From the IMG/VR virus record IMGVR_UViG_3300047160_036266, positions 1-64,000 of that record: a DNA stretch of 64,000 nt; one strand, 5' to 3'. How positions within the stretch are numbered: position 1 is the stretch's first letter; each line of letters starts with the position of its first letter. Source of the stretch: a virus. Taxonomy: Duplodnaviria > Caudoviricetes. Positions 27,743 to 37,389 of the stretch are shown piece after piece. The notes under the pieces were generated by a model, which saw nothing but the letters and a program-made list of their open reading frames with translations, had not been told where the DNA came from and did no database searches. Both the position numbers and the translations under genes were made by a program.

Positions 27743-28429
27743 TTATTTGAACTCCTCCTCAAACTCGCTGTCCCGCTTTAAGTGCGCGAGTAGGCTGCAA
27801 TCCCACATGAAATCATTATTGGGCCAGTGCGAGTAGCCTGGCAACGGAAACTCATTGCCGATGGCCGGGAGGGCGGCATAACCCAGGCGCTCCACCTGGA
27901 CTGTCATGTTGTCCCGCCCATGCTCCATCTCATAGCACTGCTGGCGGGTGGTTATCGGATTAGCCGGCCAAATGAGCTTCTTGGCCACTTCGCGTCGAAT
28001 CGCGTAACCCACCGTGCGAAAGTGGCCGTGCTTATTGCTGTCGTTCTGCGGCTCATAGCAGGCCCCAACCAACCCGACGCTAGGCTGGACGATTCGGTGG
28101 AGAAAGGGTGCCAGGAAGTCCTTCTGCATCGGCAGGAAGTCATCCACGAACCAGGCCAGGACATCCCAATCCGTGTAACCAGTGGGATGCAAACCCTTGA
28201 CCACATCCTGGGTCGCGCCAACGTCAGCCCCAATATTGGGTCGCTGAATATAAAAATCCGGGCCACCCTCCAAGATGGCCTGCTTCATCTCTGGCGGCGG
28301 GGCCGGGCCGTCGTAATTGTGGACCACAATGAGCTTGGCGTCATGCTTATTGCTTTTGTCCCAGGCCCGTAACCATCTTTCGATGTTATGCAGGCGATTG
28401 TAAACGCAGACTCCTACCAGCAAGTTCAT
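27743..28429 (-). CDS. Glycosyltransferase family 2-like protein (domain B')
   Basis: N.GADVGA..D...WFVDD.LP; paralog of the C-half of 28426..30210. Confidence 0.7.
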   Translation of the reverse strand: MNLLVGVCVYNRLHNIERWLRAWDKSNKHDAKLIVVHNYDGPAPPPEMKQAILEGGPDFYIQRPNIGADVGATQDVVKGLHPTGYTDWDVLAWFVDDFLPMQKDFLAPFLHRIVQPSVGLVGACYEPQNDSNKHGHFRTVGYAIRREVAKKLIWPANPITTRQQCYEMEHGRDNMTVQVERLGYAALPAIGNEFPLPGYSHWPNNDFMWDCSLLAHLKRDSEFEEEFK

Positions 28430-30210
28430 GGCAATCCTTTCTCCCGCAGTATTTGTTTTAGAGTTTCGTCGTTCCAGCGCATTTCTTTCTTGCGCGACCC
28501 GTATTTGACCTTATAGGTCTTAATCTCATCGAGGCTCCCTACAATGCGGTCCTCGGCTGGGAACTGCTCCTCGAACTTCGCCCACATATCCAACTCATTG
28601 GTAGAATCGGCGTCCCAAATCCAGTCGGTAAAGTGGCTCCAGTGGATGTAGTTCTCGTTGCCCGGCTGGGGCAACAGGGGGATTGCTTCGTAGCCCAAGT
28701 CCCGAACCTGCCGCTGTAATTGGCTCTCCATCTGCAAGCAATGCTGGCGGGTACAAATATCGCCGTCGTTAATCCACGGAAGCTTCTTCATGGCCTCCTT
28801 CTTGATGCCAAAGGCGATGGTGCGAATATAGCTGACCTCCGGGAAGGCACCGGCAAGCCCGACGTTCTTGTTGGACAGAGCCGTGAGGAACGGGACCAAG
28901 AAATCCTTGTTCATGGGGAGGCAATCGTCGGTGAACCACAACAAAGCGTCCCATTCGCCCACGCGAGGATCGTCTGCAAGTTCCTTGCAGGCACCGATGT
29001 CCATGCCACGATTAAAACGGGGCAGGTAGAAGTCGAAGTCGGGGGCAAATTGCTGAATGACATCGACCAGGGATTGGTTAGGGGCCTCGTCCTCCCAACT
29101 ATGTACGACTGCGAGTTTGCAGCCGTATTGATTTGCGTTTCGCCAGGCCCGAAGCCAGTTGATAATCTCCCGGAAACGGTCGTACACGCACACCGCCACC
29201 AATACCTTCATATTGGGGTCAATGGGTGCTTTTTTATAGTCCGCCAGGATGTCTGCCGTGCGATGCTCGCTCTGGTAACGCATGTACAACTCGTGGTATT
29301 CGGGCACCTTCTTAATGTCGGCGTACAACTGCCACAGTGCGTCTTTATCCAGATGCCAACTCAGATCACGGTTCTGCAAGACAAAGGTATCGCTGTCCAT
29401 GATGCCGCCCTGGACCCCGGCGACTTCCAGCAGCTTCCTGGGCCAAGCCCCGGTGTCCGCAATCAACTCACCGTAATTGAGTTCAGCCACAGGCCCACAG
29501 CCGTGCTGGATGGCCAATAATTGGTCCTCATACGGCACGTTGGCATCAACGTAGTGCTGGTCAATCTTGAAGTCACAATTGACAAAATAGCCCGCCCAGC
29601 GAATGCCTAGTTCCTCGGCAACGGCCTTCTTGATGGCGAAGAAATGGCTGCTAAAACGAGCCTGCTGGATTTGCCACTTGCCGGTGCCTGGGTTCTGGCA
29701 CACGCCGCAAGGCCAGTGGGCGCTGCGGAGGTATCCGACCTCCGGCTTATCAAGGAGTTCCGTCTTCAGATGGTCCACCCACCTGGAATCCCGAACAATG
29801 TAATCATCACCCAGGAGCAAATAAGCCTCAGTGTGAATCCAGGGCATCGCCATGTCCACGGCCTGGCCGTGGCCAACCCGGCTCCAGGCACGGATGATGG
29901 TCAAGGGCATATCCCGGCTTCCGTCTTTACCGGGGACCGTCCATTTCAGGTTGCGCAACTCTTCAAGAAAAGATTGTTTCTGATCTTGCACCCTGGGGTT
30001 GCCCGTCCGCTCGTCCGGCCCGTGGATGCAAACGATGATGTGGTCGATAATCCCGTCCACTTCCTTGGCCCGCAATAGAACTGAAAAAATGCAGGCCAGG
30101 AGACGGTCCAGGTGTTGGCTGTACGTCTCGATAACAACCGTCACCTTGCCCTTGCGGACGGTCAGTTCCTCGCATTCCTTAACCCCGACAATGAGTTCCT
30201 GGTGAAGCAT
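28426..30210 (-). CDS. Two-domain glycosyltransferase family 2-like protein (A-B fusion)
   Basis: Two GT-A-like domains (LLGDD; WFTDD); start set at MLHQE. Confidence 0.7.
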   Translation of the reverse strand: MLHQELIVGVKECEELTVRKGKVTVVIETYSQHLDRLLACIFSVLLRAKEVDGIIDHIIVCIHGPDERTGNPRVQDQKQSFLEELRNLKWTVPGKDGSRDMPLTIIRAWSRVGHGQAVDMAMPWIHTEAYLLLGDDYIVRDSRWVDHLKTELLDKPEVGYLRSAHWPCGVCQNPGTGKWQIQQARFSSHFFAIKKAVAEELGIRWAGYFVNCDFKIDQHYVDANVPYEDQLLAIQHGCGPVAELNYGELIADTGAWPRKLLEVAGVQGGIMDSDTFVLQNRDLSWHLDKDALWQLYADIKKVPEYHELYMRYQSEHRTADILADYKKAPIDPNMKVLVAVCVYDRFREIINWLRAWRNANQYGCKLAVVHSWEDEAPNQSLVDVIQQFAPDFDFYLPRFNRGMDIGACKELADDPRVGEWDALLWFTDDCLPMNKDFLVPFLTALSNKNVGLAGAFPEVSYIRTIAFGIKKEAMKKLPWINDGDICTRQHCLQMESQLQRQVRDLGYEAIPLLPQPGNENYIHWSHFTDWIWDADSTNELDMWAKFEEQFPAEDRIVGSLDEIKTYKVKYGSRKKEMRWNDETLKQILREKGLP

Positions 30211-31195
30211 TCGTCTCATCCCTCCAACTTTCGATGCGTTCCATTGCTTCGGCCACCGCCGCCTCGTACCAAACCCGAACCTGCTTGAAGTAAGGCGGAC
30301 TATACATTTTACCCGACGTATAACTGCGGAAGTGGTCAATATTTTCGTCCAGGGTCCGACACTGGTTCTCTTCCCGGCCAATAAGGTGTGGCTTAATATT
30401 GTTTCTCTGGAGGATGTAGTTGCCCAGGATTTCTGTATCGGGCCAGTTGGGCTTCAGGGGATCGGGCCTATAGTCCACAATCCCATAGTTGTGGCAAAGA
30501 CGACGCAGGCTCCAACCAAACCCGATGGAATCCATCACCTTCATGTCATACATGCTGGCGGTGTGGGAGAGCATCCCCTTCCAGTCCTCATGGGCACGGG
30601 GCGATAGCTCGTAGCCACAGGCTGGGGACACCGTTTTGCACAGGTCCAGCAGGTAGTCCAAGAAGTCACGCCGCCGCAGGAAGCAGTCGGCATGGGTGGC
30701 GAACAGATATGGGGTCCGGCAGAGGGCAAAAGCCAAATCCATAGCCATCGCCGGGTAATCGGAGGGGTGACGAACCCCGTTCATGCCCATGACGTGTACT
30801 TCAACGTCCTCGGCGCGAAGGTCGAGGACTGCTTGCATATGCCCTTCGATGCTGCCGGTATCAACGATCATGATAAAAGGCCGATTGGTTTGAAGGCGCA
30901 GCAACTCAATACAGATGGGAAGCGTTTCGGAAGTGTTCAAGACAGGGATCACGGCGGTGATCTCGTACTCCCAGGGCTTCTTCTGGCAAAGGCCCTCCCA
31001 GGGGGTCGAAACCGTCAGGTAGCCATAAATAGGCGATAACTCCACGTTGGCAAACTCAACCTCGGTCCAGCGGTGTTCCGATTCAAGAAAAATGAAACTA
31101 CGACCGCTCTCCACCTTCTTCTTGTCGGGCGCAGCCGAGTCCCAACGTGTCTTCGATATTTTCATGCGCCCGGTATCTGCTACAGAATCCACCAC
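30179..31195 (-). CDS. Glycosyltransferase family 2 protein
   Basis: ITAVIPVLN, IVDTGS, THADC. Confidence 0.8.
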   Translation of the reverse strand: MVDSVADTGRMKISKTRWDSAAPDKKKVESGRSFIFLESEHRWTEVEFANVELSPIYGYLTVSTPWEGLCQKKPWEYEITAVIPVLNTSETLPICIELLRLQTNRPFIMIVDTGSIEGHMQAVLDLRAEDVEVHVMGMNGVRHPSDYPAMAMDLAFALCRTPYLFATHADCFLRRRDFLDYLLDLCKTVSPACGYELSPRAHEDWKGMLSHTASMYDMKVMDSIGFGWSLRRLCHNYGIVDYRPDPLKPNWPDTEILGNYILQRNNIKPHLIGREENQCRTLDENIDHFRSYTSGKMYSPPYFKQVRVWYEAAVAEAMERIESWRDETNASPGTHCRG

Positions 31196-31231
31196 GAGTC
31201 TCAGCCCCCTGCTTGCGAAAGGATTTCGCTC

Positions 31232-31432
31232 CTACAAGAGTATTTCCTCCCCCGTTTCCACATCCACAATCACAAAGTCCTCGGCCAGATGGCCCAGGTT
31301 GCAGGCGTGCAGGTACTCATGACATGCCTTGAGCATGTCCTGGGCTTCATCCAGGCGTGGCGTGAACCACAGGCCAACCGCCGGGTGCGTGAGCCTTCGA
31401 TTAAGGCGCTTGTTCAATAAGGTGTAATTCAT
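31232..31432 (-). CDS. Hypothetical protein
   Basis: 66-aa ORF coupled to the upstream gene. Confidence 0.5.
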   Translation of the reverse strand: MNYTLLNKRLNRRLTHPAVGLWFTPRLDEAQDMLKACHEYLHACNLGHLAEDFVIVDVETGEEILL

Positions 31433-31671
31433 TTCTTGCCGAGAATTTGACTGGCAGGCTTGCGCCTGCCGAAGATTTCGCCAGGTACAGGCATCCCGCA
31501 GAAGATTTTGGCCGGGTTGACGACCTTGAAGTTGGGCTTTGCCACCATTTGCGCAGCGGAAGTGTGATCGCCGCCACTCTGCTTGGTGCCGCCTCCTTTC
31601 TTGGCGGCGGCAATGCCAAACAGGACCATGCGTTTGTCCTGTTCATCCAGAAATTGGGCAAAGGTCATCAC
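31429..31671 (-). CDS. Small protein with CTS-like N-terminus (MMTFAQFLDE)
   Basis: Resembles the T4 capsid-targeting sequence MKTYQEFIAE. Confidence 0.6.
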   Translation of the reverse strand: MMTFAQFLDEQDKRMVLFGIAAAKKGGGTKQSGGDHTSAAQMVAKPNFKVVNPAKIFCGMPVPGEIFGRRKPASQILGKK

Positions 31672-31994
31672 TTCTTCCTCATTTTGCCACCAGCTACCTC
31701 ATCAGGGGTCATGGCAGCGGCTATATCTCCTGGCTTGGGCTGCGCCGCAGGATTTATCTGTTTGGACTGCTGGGTGGCTTTCTTCATTAACTCGCTCTGG
31801 TACTGCGGTTTTGAGGTCAGGTCCGCAGGGCTGGTCCCTGGTTTGGCTTTGAGCATATCGGCAGTTGCATCCGCCACTGCCTTGGAAGCTAGATCACGAT
31901 TGGGAGTGGCCGGAGAAGGCAAACCGGCACCGGGAGCGGTTGCGGCACCCTGCTCCAGCCTTAGTTGCAGCCATTCCTTGAAACTTCTAAACAT
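31668..31994 (-). CDS. Small protein with CTS-like N-terminus (MFRSFKEWL)
   Basis: GGGAGG RBS; Ala/Pro-rich body. Confidence 0.65.
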   Translation of the reverse strand: MFRSFKEWLQLRLEQGAATAPGAGLPSPATPNRDLASKAVADATADMLKAKPGTSPADLTSKPQYQSELMKKATQQSKQINPAAQPKPGDIAAAMTPDEVAGGKMRKK

Positions 31995-32032
31995 AATACC
32001 TCCCGGATATGTAGCCCCCGTGGGCCGGTTCT

Positions 32033-32449
32033 TCAGTCATCATCTTCCTCCTCTATCGAATGGGAGATGGTGCGCCTTTCGTCAATCAGCGACTTCATGG
32101 CCAGCTTCCTGTATTTGCAATGAAGCCGCCGTACCTCGTCCTCGCTCAAGTCCTCGACATTTATCAGGCGGTTACTTGCTCCCTCCAGGGCGGCGATAAG
32201 CTCGTTGAGCTTTAACTGCACCGCCTGCATCTCCTTATTCATCGTCCGCTGGATCAAGAACACCATCAGGAAGGTAATTATCGTGGTCCCGGTATTTATA
32301 ACCAATTGCCAGGTGTCCGAAAACTCGAAGTACGGCCCGGTTATGAGCCAGATGACCACCACCATGAGGGCAATGAAGAAAGCCCAGGTGGTGCCCGTCC
32401 ATTGCGTGAAAAAATGCGCAAACTGTTCGAGGTAGCCGAACCTTTTCAT
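32033..32449 (-). CDS. Low-affinity iron permease (Fet4-like) family protein
   Basis: W...GP.F.FSDTWQLVINTGTTIITFLMVFLIQ..N....A.QLKLNELI. Confidence 0.92.
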   Translation of the reverse strand: MKRFGYLEQFAHFFTQWTGTTWAFFIALMVVVIWLITGPYFEFSDTWQLVINTGTTIITFLMVFLIQRTMNKEMQAVQLKLNELIAALEGASNRLINVEDLSEDEVRRLHCKYRKLAMKSLIDERRTISHSIEEEDDD

Positions 32450-32465
32450 GACGTATGTAAGCCAT

Positions 32466-32741
32466 CTAAGCCCATTTCTCATCACCGTCCTCGGTAAAAT
32501 GAAGCACCCAGAGCTTCTTCCCGGTGGACATATATTTCCCGTGGATTTTGATGCGACCGGAGTGGATTTTCCGGTGGCATTTGGAGCAGACGCAGACGGT
32601 GTTGCGGTCGTGGTAGGTTCCGCCATTGGCCCCTTCGAGAATACGATGCACGTCGAGGAGGTTGTAGTCGTCCTCCCCGCAAAAGTAACAGACCTTTTCG
32701 ACCAGCTTCTTGATTTGCTGCCGTGAATACCTCTTGCCCAT
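32466..32741 (-). CDS. HNH endonuclease
   Basis: CYFCG...DVHRI...GGTY...N.VCVCSKCHRKIH. Confidence 0.85.
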   Translation of the reverse strand: MGKRYSRQQIKKLVEKVCYFCGEDDYNLLDVHRILEGANGGTYHDRNTVCVCSKCHRKIHSGRIKIHGKYMSTGKKLWVLHFTEDGDEKWA

Positions 32742-32812
32742 GAAATCCTATTGCGGAAATAAAAACGATACACTATATTTTAGTAGTTCAACCCCTTTTT
32801 GGAGAATAGCAA

Positions 32813-33076
32813 ATGAAAACATTCCTCGGAGCTTTATTCGGCGTTGCCCTGGGCGTCCTGCTGGGCGGCGTCCTGTTGGTCTGGACCATCGAGAAGTGCC
32901 CCTGGCTGCAACCGACCTTCCTCATGTGTCCGTGTGAGAACAAGCCTTGCAATTGCAACAAGGACTGCACCTGCGGAACGAATTGCACCTGTAACCCCGA
33001 TGGCCGGTGTTCGGACGGCTGCACCTGCAATAAGGGCGCAAAGGAAGAAGAAAAGAAGGAATCTACTCAGAAGTGA
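32813..33076 (+). CDS. Membrane-anchored Cys-rich metallothionein-like protein
   Basis: N-terminal TM, then CPC, CNC, CTC, CTC, CTC (12 Cys in about 50 aa). Confidence 0.6.
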   Translation: MKTFLGALFGVALGVLLGGVLLVWTIEKCPWLQPTFLMCPCENKPCNCNKDCTCGTNCTCNPDGRCSDGCTCNKGAKEEEKKESTQK

Positions 33077-33687
33077 TCGGCTGGGGCGGCGTGGTCCATT
33101 TGGTAGAATAGGTAACACAGGGACAGTGAAATCACTGCGGCGAAGAAACACCACAGGGATATAAAGGCGTAGGACAGAAAGACATGAGTGATGATCGCCG
33201 TAACCACCGCCGCCCCACCCATCGCCCACAGAAAACGGTCCTTGGTGAAAAACACCGGCACCACCACGTTTAGCAGATAAACCACCCGCATAAATGGATC
33301 GTCGGCCAGCCCTACCTCATATTTTAGAGAATGGTTCACCACGCTTACCTGAATGGGATGGCCCGTAAGAAGAACGAACAAGACCAACCACCCCAGGCCC
33401 CAGGCCACAAAGGCAAGGGCCTCCAGTCGTCGGCTAATACAGTACATGCTCCAGGGAATCCAGATGGGCCAGAAGGCAATGGCGAAGAACAAAAAGCCCA
33501 GCGCCCCAGGCGTCTGGTAGCCCAACCACACAAACCCTTCACAACATTGCTGAATACTGAAAAACAACGGCACCAGAGCCAGCGGAACGTAATCAGGATT
33601 ACGGCGTCGGGCCACCCGCAAGCAATAAAGGCCGCAAGGTGCGAGGGCCGCTGCCACCGCAAAACTGGCCTCAGCCGACATACACAT
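33067..33687 (-). CDS. Polytopic membrane protein (DUF6629-like)
   Basis: MC.SAEASF...PLFF.IQQ..EG.VW. Confidence 0.7.
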   Translation of the reverse strand: MCMSAEASFAVAAALAPCGLYCLRVARRRNPDYVPLALVPLFFSIQQCCEGFVWLGYQTPGALGFLFFAIAFWPIWIPWSMYCISRRLEALAFVAWGLGWLVLFVLLTGHPIQVSVVNHSLKYEVGLADDPFMRVVYLLNVVVPVFFTKDRFLWAMGGAAVVTAIITHVFLSYAFISLWCFFAAVISLSLCYLFYQMDHAAPADHF

Positions 33688-35081
33688 TATTTGCCCCCAT
33701 TCTTCACCTTCTCGATCAGCCGGGAGGTAGACGCACCCTCCACCATTGGGGCCGTGAATACTTCCGGCACCATATTGTGGCCCACGATCTCATGGGGCAA
33801 GTAATCCCCGCCCTTCACCAACACATCCGGTTTGATTGTCTCGATCAACCTGCTGGGGGTATCCTCGTCAAAGGACACAACAAAATCGACCATCTCCAGT
33901 GCCGCCAGCAGTGTCATGCGGCTTCGCAGGTCATTGACGGGCCTCCCCGGACCTTTCAGGCGAGAAACACTCTCGTCGCTATTTACTGCCACCACTAGCT
34001 TGTCCCCTTTCGCCTTGGCGAACTGAATCGTGGCCAGATGACCCGGATGCAATATATCAAAACAGCCGTTGGTGAAGACAAGCTTATATTGCCTGTCCCG
34101 CAAATCCTGGGGGTGGCGGAACTTGGCAGCGATAGGGTCTTCCTGGGCCAACAGCAGATGCGGCGATACTGGTTCATTGTGTTTATTCTGCACATAGATG
34201 GCCCCGGCTTCGTAAGCTATTTCCACCGCCTCCGGCACGGTGAAGTCCCGCCCCAAGGCCATTGCCAGGAAGGCTATGAAGCAATCCCCTGCGCCTACCA
34301 CGCTGTTGACGTTGCTGGGTTTCTTCTTGGGCGCATATTTGAAAATCTCGCCTTCGATAAGACAGTTGACGCCCTCGCCACCCATCGTTATAACAACCGC
34401 CTTGCAGCCCAACTTCTTCTGGAAATATTGGGCCTGGCCGAACCAGTCCCGCCGGCCCTTGCTCAAACGGTGGGCCTCAAGGACGTTGGGTTTGAAAACC
34501 GTGCAACCCTTCCACTTTTCAATATCTTCCGCCTTCGGGTCCACGATGGTCGGGATGGTTGTCTGGTCAATAAGCGGTCGGAAGGCGTGGTCGGGGGCGA
34601 TCACGTCATCGAAGAAGCCCTTATTATAATCCGAGAACACGAACAGGTCCATCTGAAGAAGGCTGCCCATGATGTCCTCGTAGCACGGTTCGGCGTGGAA
34701 GTTGGGCGGGTCTTCCACGTCCCAGCGGGAGAGCGGGAAGTCGCCGTGATAGAACCGCTTCTTGACCGGCACTTGGTAGTCGCAATGGTAACAGTATTTG
34801 CTGTTGATACCGGCCTGATCGTATACCTGCTTGGCGTAATCATTCACCATCGCCACCAGATGAGCGTCCACATTAAAATGCCGGAACTGATAGGCCACGT
34901 TGGCGGCACCGCCAGGGAGAGCGTAACGCATGTCTTCCTTGACTGAGCGCATGACGGGGATGGGAAATTCGGGGCTGATACGGTTGACTTCGGTGTAGTA
35001 ATACTCATCCACCATGCAATCACCGAAAATGGCCACCCCCAGGCGCTTCAAGGCGTCTCTCTTCAAGAACTCCGCTATCAT
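33687..35081 (-). CDS. hldE: Bifunctional heptose-7-phosphate kinase / heptose-1-phosphate adenylyltransferase
   Basis: GDCMVDEY...RISPE.PIPV, GGAANVA, SDYNKG, VGAGDCF; FTNGCFDILHPGH, NSDESV.RLKG..RP, KGGDY. Confidence 0.95.
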   Translation of the reverse strand: MIAEFLKRDALKRLGVAIFGDCMVDEYYYTEVNRISPEFPIPVMRSVKEDMRYALPGGAANVAYQFRHFNVDAHLVAMVNDYAKQVYDQAGINSKYCYHCDYQVPVKKRFYHGDFPLSRWDVEDPPNFHAEPCYEDIMGSLLQMDLFVFSDYNKGFFDDVIAPDHAFRPLIDQTTIPTIVDPKAEDIEKWKGCTVFKPNVLEAHRLSKGRRDWFGQAQYFQKKLGCKAVVITMGGEGVNCLIEGEIFKYAPKKKPSNVNSVVGAGDCFIAFLAMALGRDFTVPEAVEIAYEAGAIYVQNKHNEPVSPHLLLAQEDPIAAKFRHPQDLRDRQYKLVFTNGCFDILHPGHLATIQFAKAKGDKLVVAVNSDESVSRLKGPGRPVNDLRSRMTLLAALEMVDFVVSFDEDTPSRLIETIKPDVLVKGGDYLPHEIVGHNMVPEVFTAPMVEGASTSRLIEKVKNGGK

Positions 35082-37360
35082 AGTTTCTGAGCCTCCAAGT
35101 AGTCTCTGATATTATTGATGACCGTCGTGGGCTTAATCAACTCCATGCACTTCGGCACCCACTCGCCGTCGTCACGGACGACCGGCAGCACACAATAGTC
35201 CTCGTCAATGACATTATTCGGGTCCACATAGGTCTTCCAGCAACCTTTCGTCATGCAGCAGTCCAAATAACCAATGGTGTGGAACACCCTGGTTGTCGGC
35301 CAGGAATAGAAGTTGGGGGTTTCCCGACCGCCCGACAAGCACCAGTAAGGCTTGTTGAACGCAGCCTGGATGTGCAGCAACCCGGTGACGGACCCGATGG
35401 AACCAATGGCGTGACCAGCGAGAACGCACAGTTCTCGTATGGATGTGGAATTGACACGGCTGATAGCACCCTTCAGGTTGGGATGAATTGCCGGCACATC
35501 GGTATCGCCTATCTGAATAACCTTGATGCCCCGGTTCACAAGGAAATCCACGATCTCCTGGTAGTAGGGAGTGGGGTACTTCTTGGTCAGGGTATTGGAC
35601 CGAGTGCCAGCGTTAATCAGGATGAACGGCGGCTCGTAGGGCGGATTGTTCTTCTCCTGATCCGAGAGATAGATGTGCGGCTGCATAGTTGCCGGGTATA
35701 TGCGCACTCCCAACTGTTCGGTGGTGTCCTGGCAAATACCGCTGAGGTAGTTGTGGTTCGCGTCCACCATCGGGAAGTTCATCACCACGCGCGTGCCTTC
35801 GGACAGGGGAACCGTATCCTTGCTGTAGCGGAAAATATCGTCCGCTGCCCAGCCCCGCACTTCGACATTGAAACGACCCGGCCACAGGACGTGCATCGAC
35901 CGGACCAAGGCGCTTAAAACCACGAAATCGCCAAGGCCCTGGTAGCAGTCGATAATGACGTTTTGCGGCTCGCGCACGGCGTCAGCCTGCCACAACAGGG
36001 CATCGGCCATACCTCGTTCCAGCGGTTGATTCAGACCGCCGAAGAGCAGACCAGTTTTGGCGGTGGTCTTACCCGTCGTACTGCCCTTGTTTGCCATCAC
36101 AATGATGCGATTGCGGGTTAAGATGTCGCCTTCGGTCTGCGTCGAGTATTGCTCGACCTGGAAGACGACACCGAAGCCGTCCAATATCTTGCGGACCTTC
36201 TGCTGCTCTTCGTCACTTAGGGCCACGCGACTCATGACCTCGATGGCATTATCCTCGCAGCGCAACTGACAGACCCATTTCGTGACCTTGGCAATCTCAT
36301 CGCTCAGGAGATTGATGTTCTTTCCCTTGAGCGAGTACGGGCGGCTTTCGAGGAAGCGAAACTTACGGTACAGCCGCCCGCAGTCACAACGATGGTAGTC
36401 CTCACCTATTTCGCAGTTATCCCCATTCCAATACTCGATGAAGGGCGACGGGAAAGAGAAGTAATCCGTGCTGATGAGGCGGTTGCTGCCCTGCCGACAG
36501 TAAGCCAATTGATCCATCAGGTGATAGGTGCCGTGCTTGCACTGGAAGAAACCGGCCCCGCCATCCCAGCAGCGCATGTGGTCGCAAATGTGGTCGAACA
36601 GCCCCGCCTTCTTCAAGTATTCCCGGTCGGAGTCTAACAACATATTGCCGGTGTGACTCAACAGACCAGCCAGTTTACCCTTGAAGTTGGTGCGGCGGAT
36701 GTGGTGAATGAGCGAATGGAGGTACTGACTCATGATGGTCAGCACATCAAACTTGTGTTCGCTGATATATTCCAGCACCTTGTCGTAGAAACCCTCCCGG
36801 TCCCGGTCAAAGAGGCCGTGGTTCTGAATGACATGAACGGTGGGCCGGCGGGAAACGCCGTGTCTCTCGATCAAATCCGTGGGGTTCTTTGTCACCCACA
36901 CCAAGTCATTGGTCCAACGGTGGTTGAGCAGGAAGTACAGGATTTCCGGGTTCTGCGGGACATCGAACTCATCGAGGATCAAGTCGTAATGATTCTCGGC
37001 TTCGATGTGCAGAAAGGCGGGGTTCCACCGGAGGTACGAGAATGGATAGCCGGTGGTCGTCCCGCTGGTCTGCATCTGCGAAATACTGCTAAAGGTGGAC
37101 GTGACATACCAGTTCGGCTTGTCCTCCAACTCTTTCTTGGTGATGATCCCGTCGTGCCCTCGGTAGACCATCGAGTGCTGTTTGGCCCAGCGAAGGATGT
37201 TACCACGAAGGTGGTCGATAACCTGACGGACCAACTCCTCGTCCGCATACAGCAAGTCTTTCGCCAACGGCAAATACGCCTTGGCTACCTCTTGCGGGTC
37301 AGCATCCGGGGCGGTCCATTTCTTGAGATATTTGTCAAATGAATCGTTGTACGAGGCCAT
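35078..37360 (-). CDS. Fusion: CapK/phenylacetate-CoA-ligase-like adenylate-forming domain plus GT9-like domain
   Basis: QTSGTTTGYP P-loop, C.CGR; then QGLGDFV..IINAG..KKYP..VIQIG..IGSVTGLLHI.AAF.KP. Confidence 0.75.
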   Translation of the reverse strand: MASYNDSFDKYLKKWTAPDADPQEVAKAYLPLAKDLLYADEELVRQVIDHLRGNILRWAKQHSMVYRGHDGIITKKELEDKPNWYVTSTFSSISQMQTSGTTTGYPFSYLRWNPAFLHIEAENHYDLILDEFDVPQNPEILYFLLNHRWTNDLVWVTKNPTDLIERHGVSRRPTVHVIQNHGLFDRDREGFYDKVLEYISEHKFDVLTIMSQYLHSLIHHIRRTNFKGKLAGLLSHTGNMLLDSDREYLKKAGLFDHICDHMRCWDGGAGFFQCKHGTYHLMDQLAYCRQGSNRLISTDYFSFPSPFIEYWNGDNCEIGEDYHRCDCGRLYRKFRFLESRPYSLKGKNINLLSDEIAKVTKWVCQLRCEDNAIEVMSRVALSDEEQQKVRKILDGFGVVFQVEQYSTQTEGDILTRNRIIVMANKGSTTGKTTAKTGLLFGGLNQPLERGMADALLWQADAVREPQNVIIDCYQGLGDFVVLSALVRSMHVLWPGRFNVEVRGWAADDIFRYSKDTVPLSEGTRVVMNFPMVDANHNYLSGICQDTTEQLGVRIYPATMQPHIYLSDQEKNNPPYEPPFILINAGTRSNTLTKKYPTPYYQEIVDFLVNRGIKVIQIGDTDVPAIHPNLKGAISRVNSTSIRELCVLAGHAIGSIGSVTGLLHIQAAFNKPYWCLSGGRETPNFYSWPTTRVFHTIGYLDCCMTKGCWKTYVDPNNVIDEDYCVLPVVRDDGEWVPKCMELIKPTTVINNIRDYLEAQKL

Positions 37361-37389
37361 GCCCTATCAGAGTCAAGGGCTTAATAATT

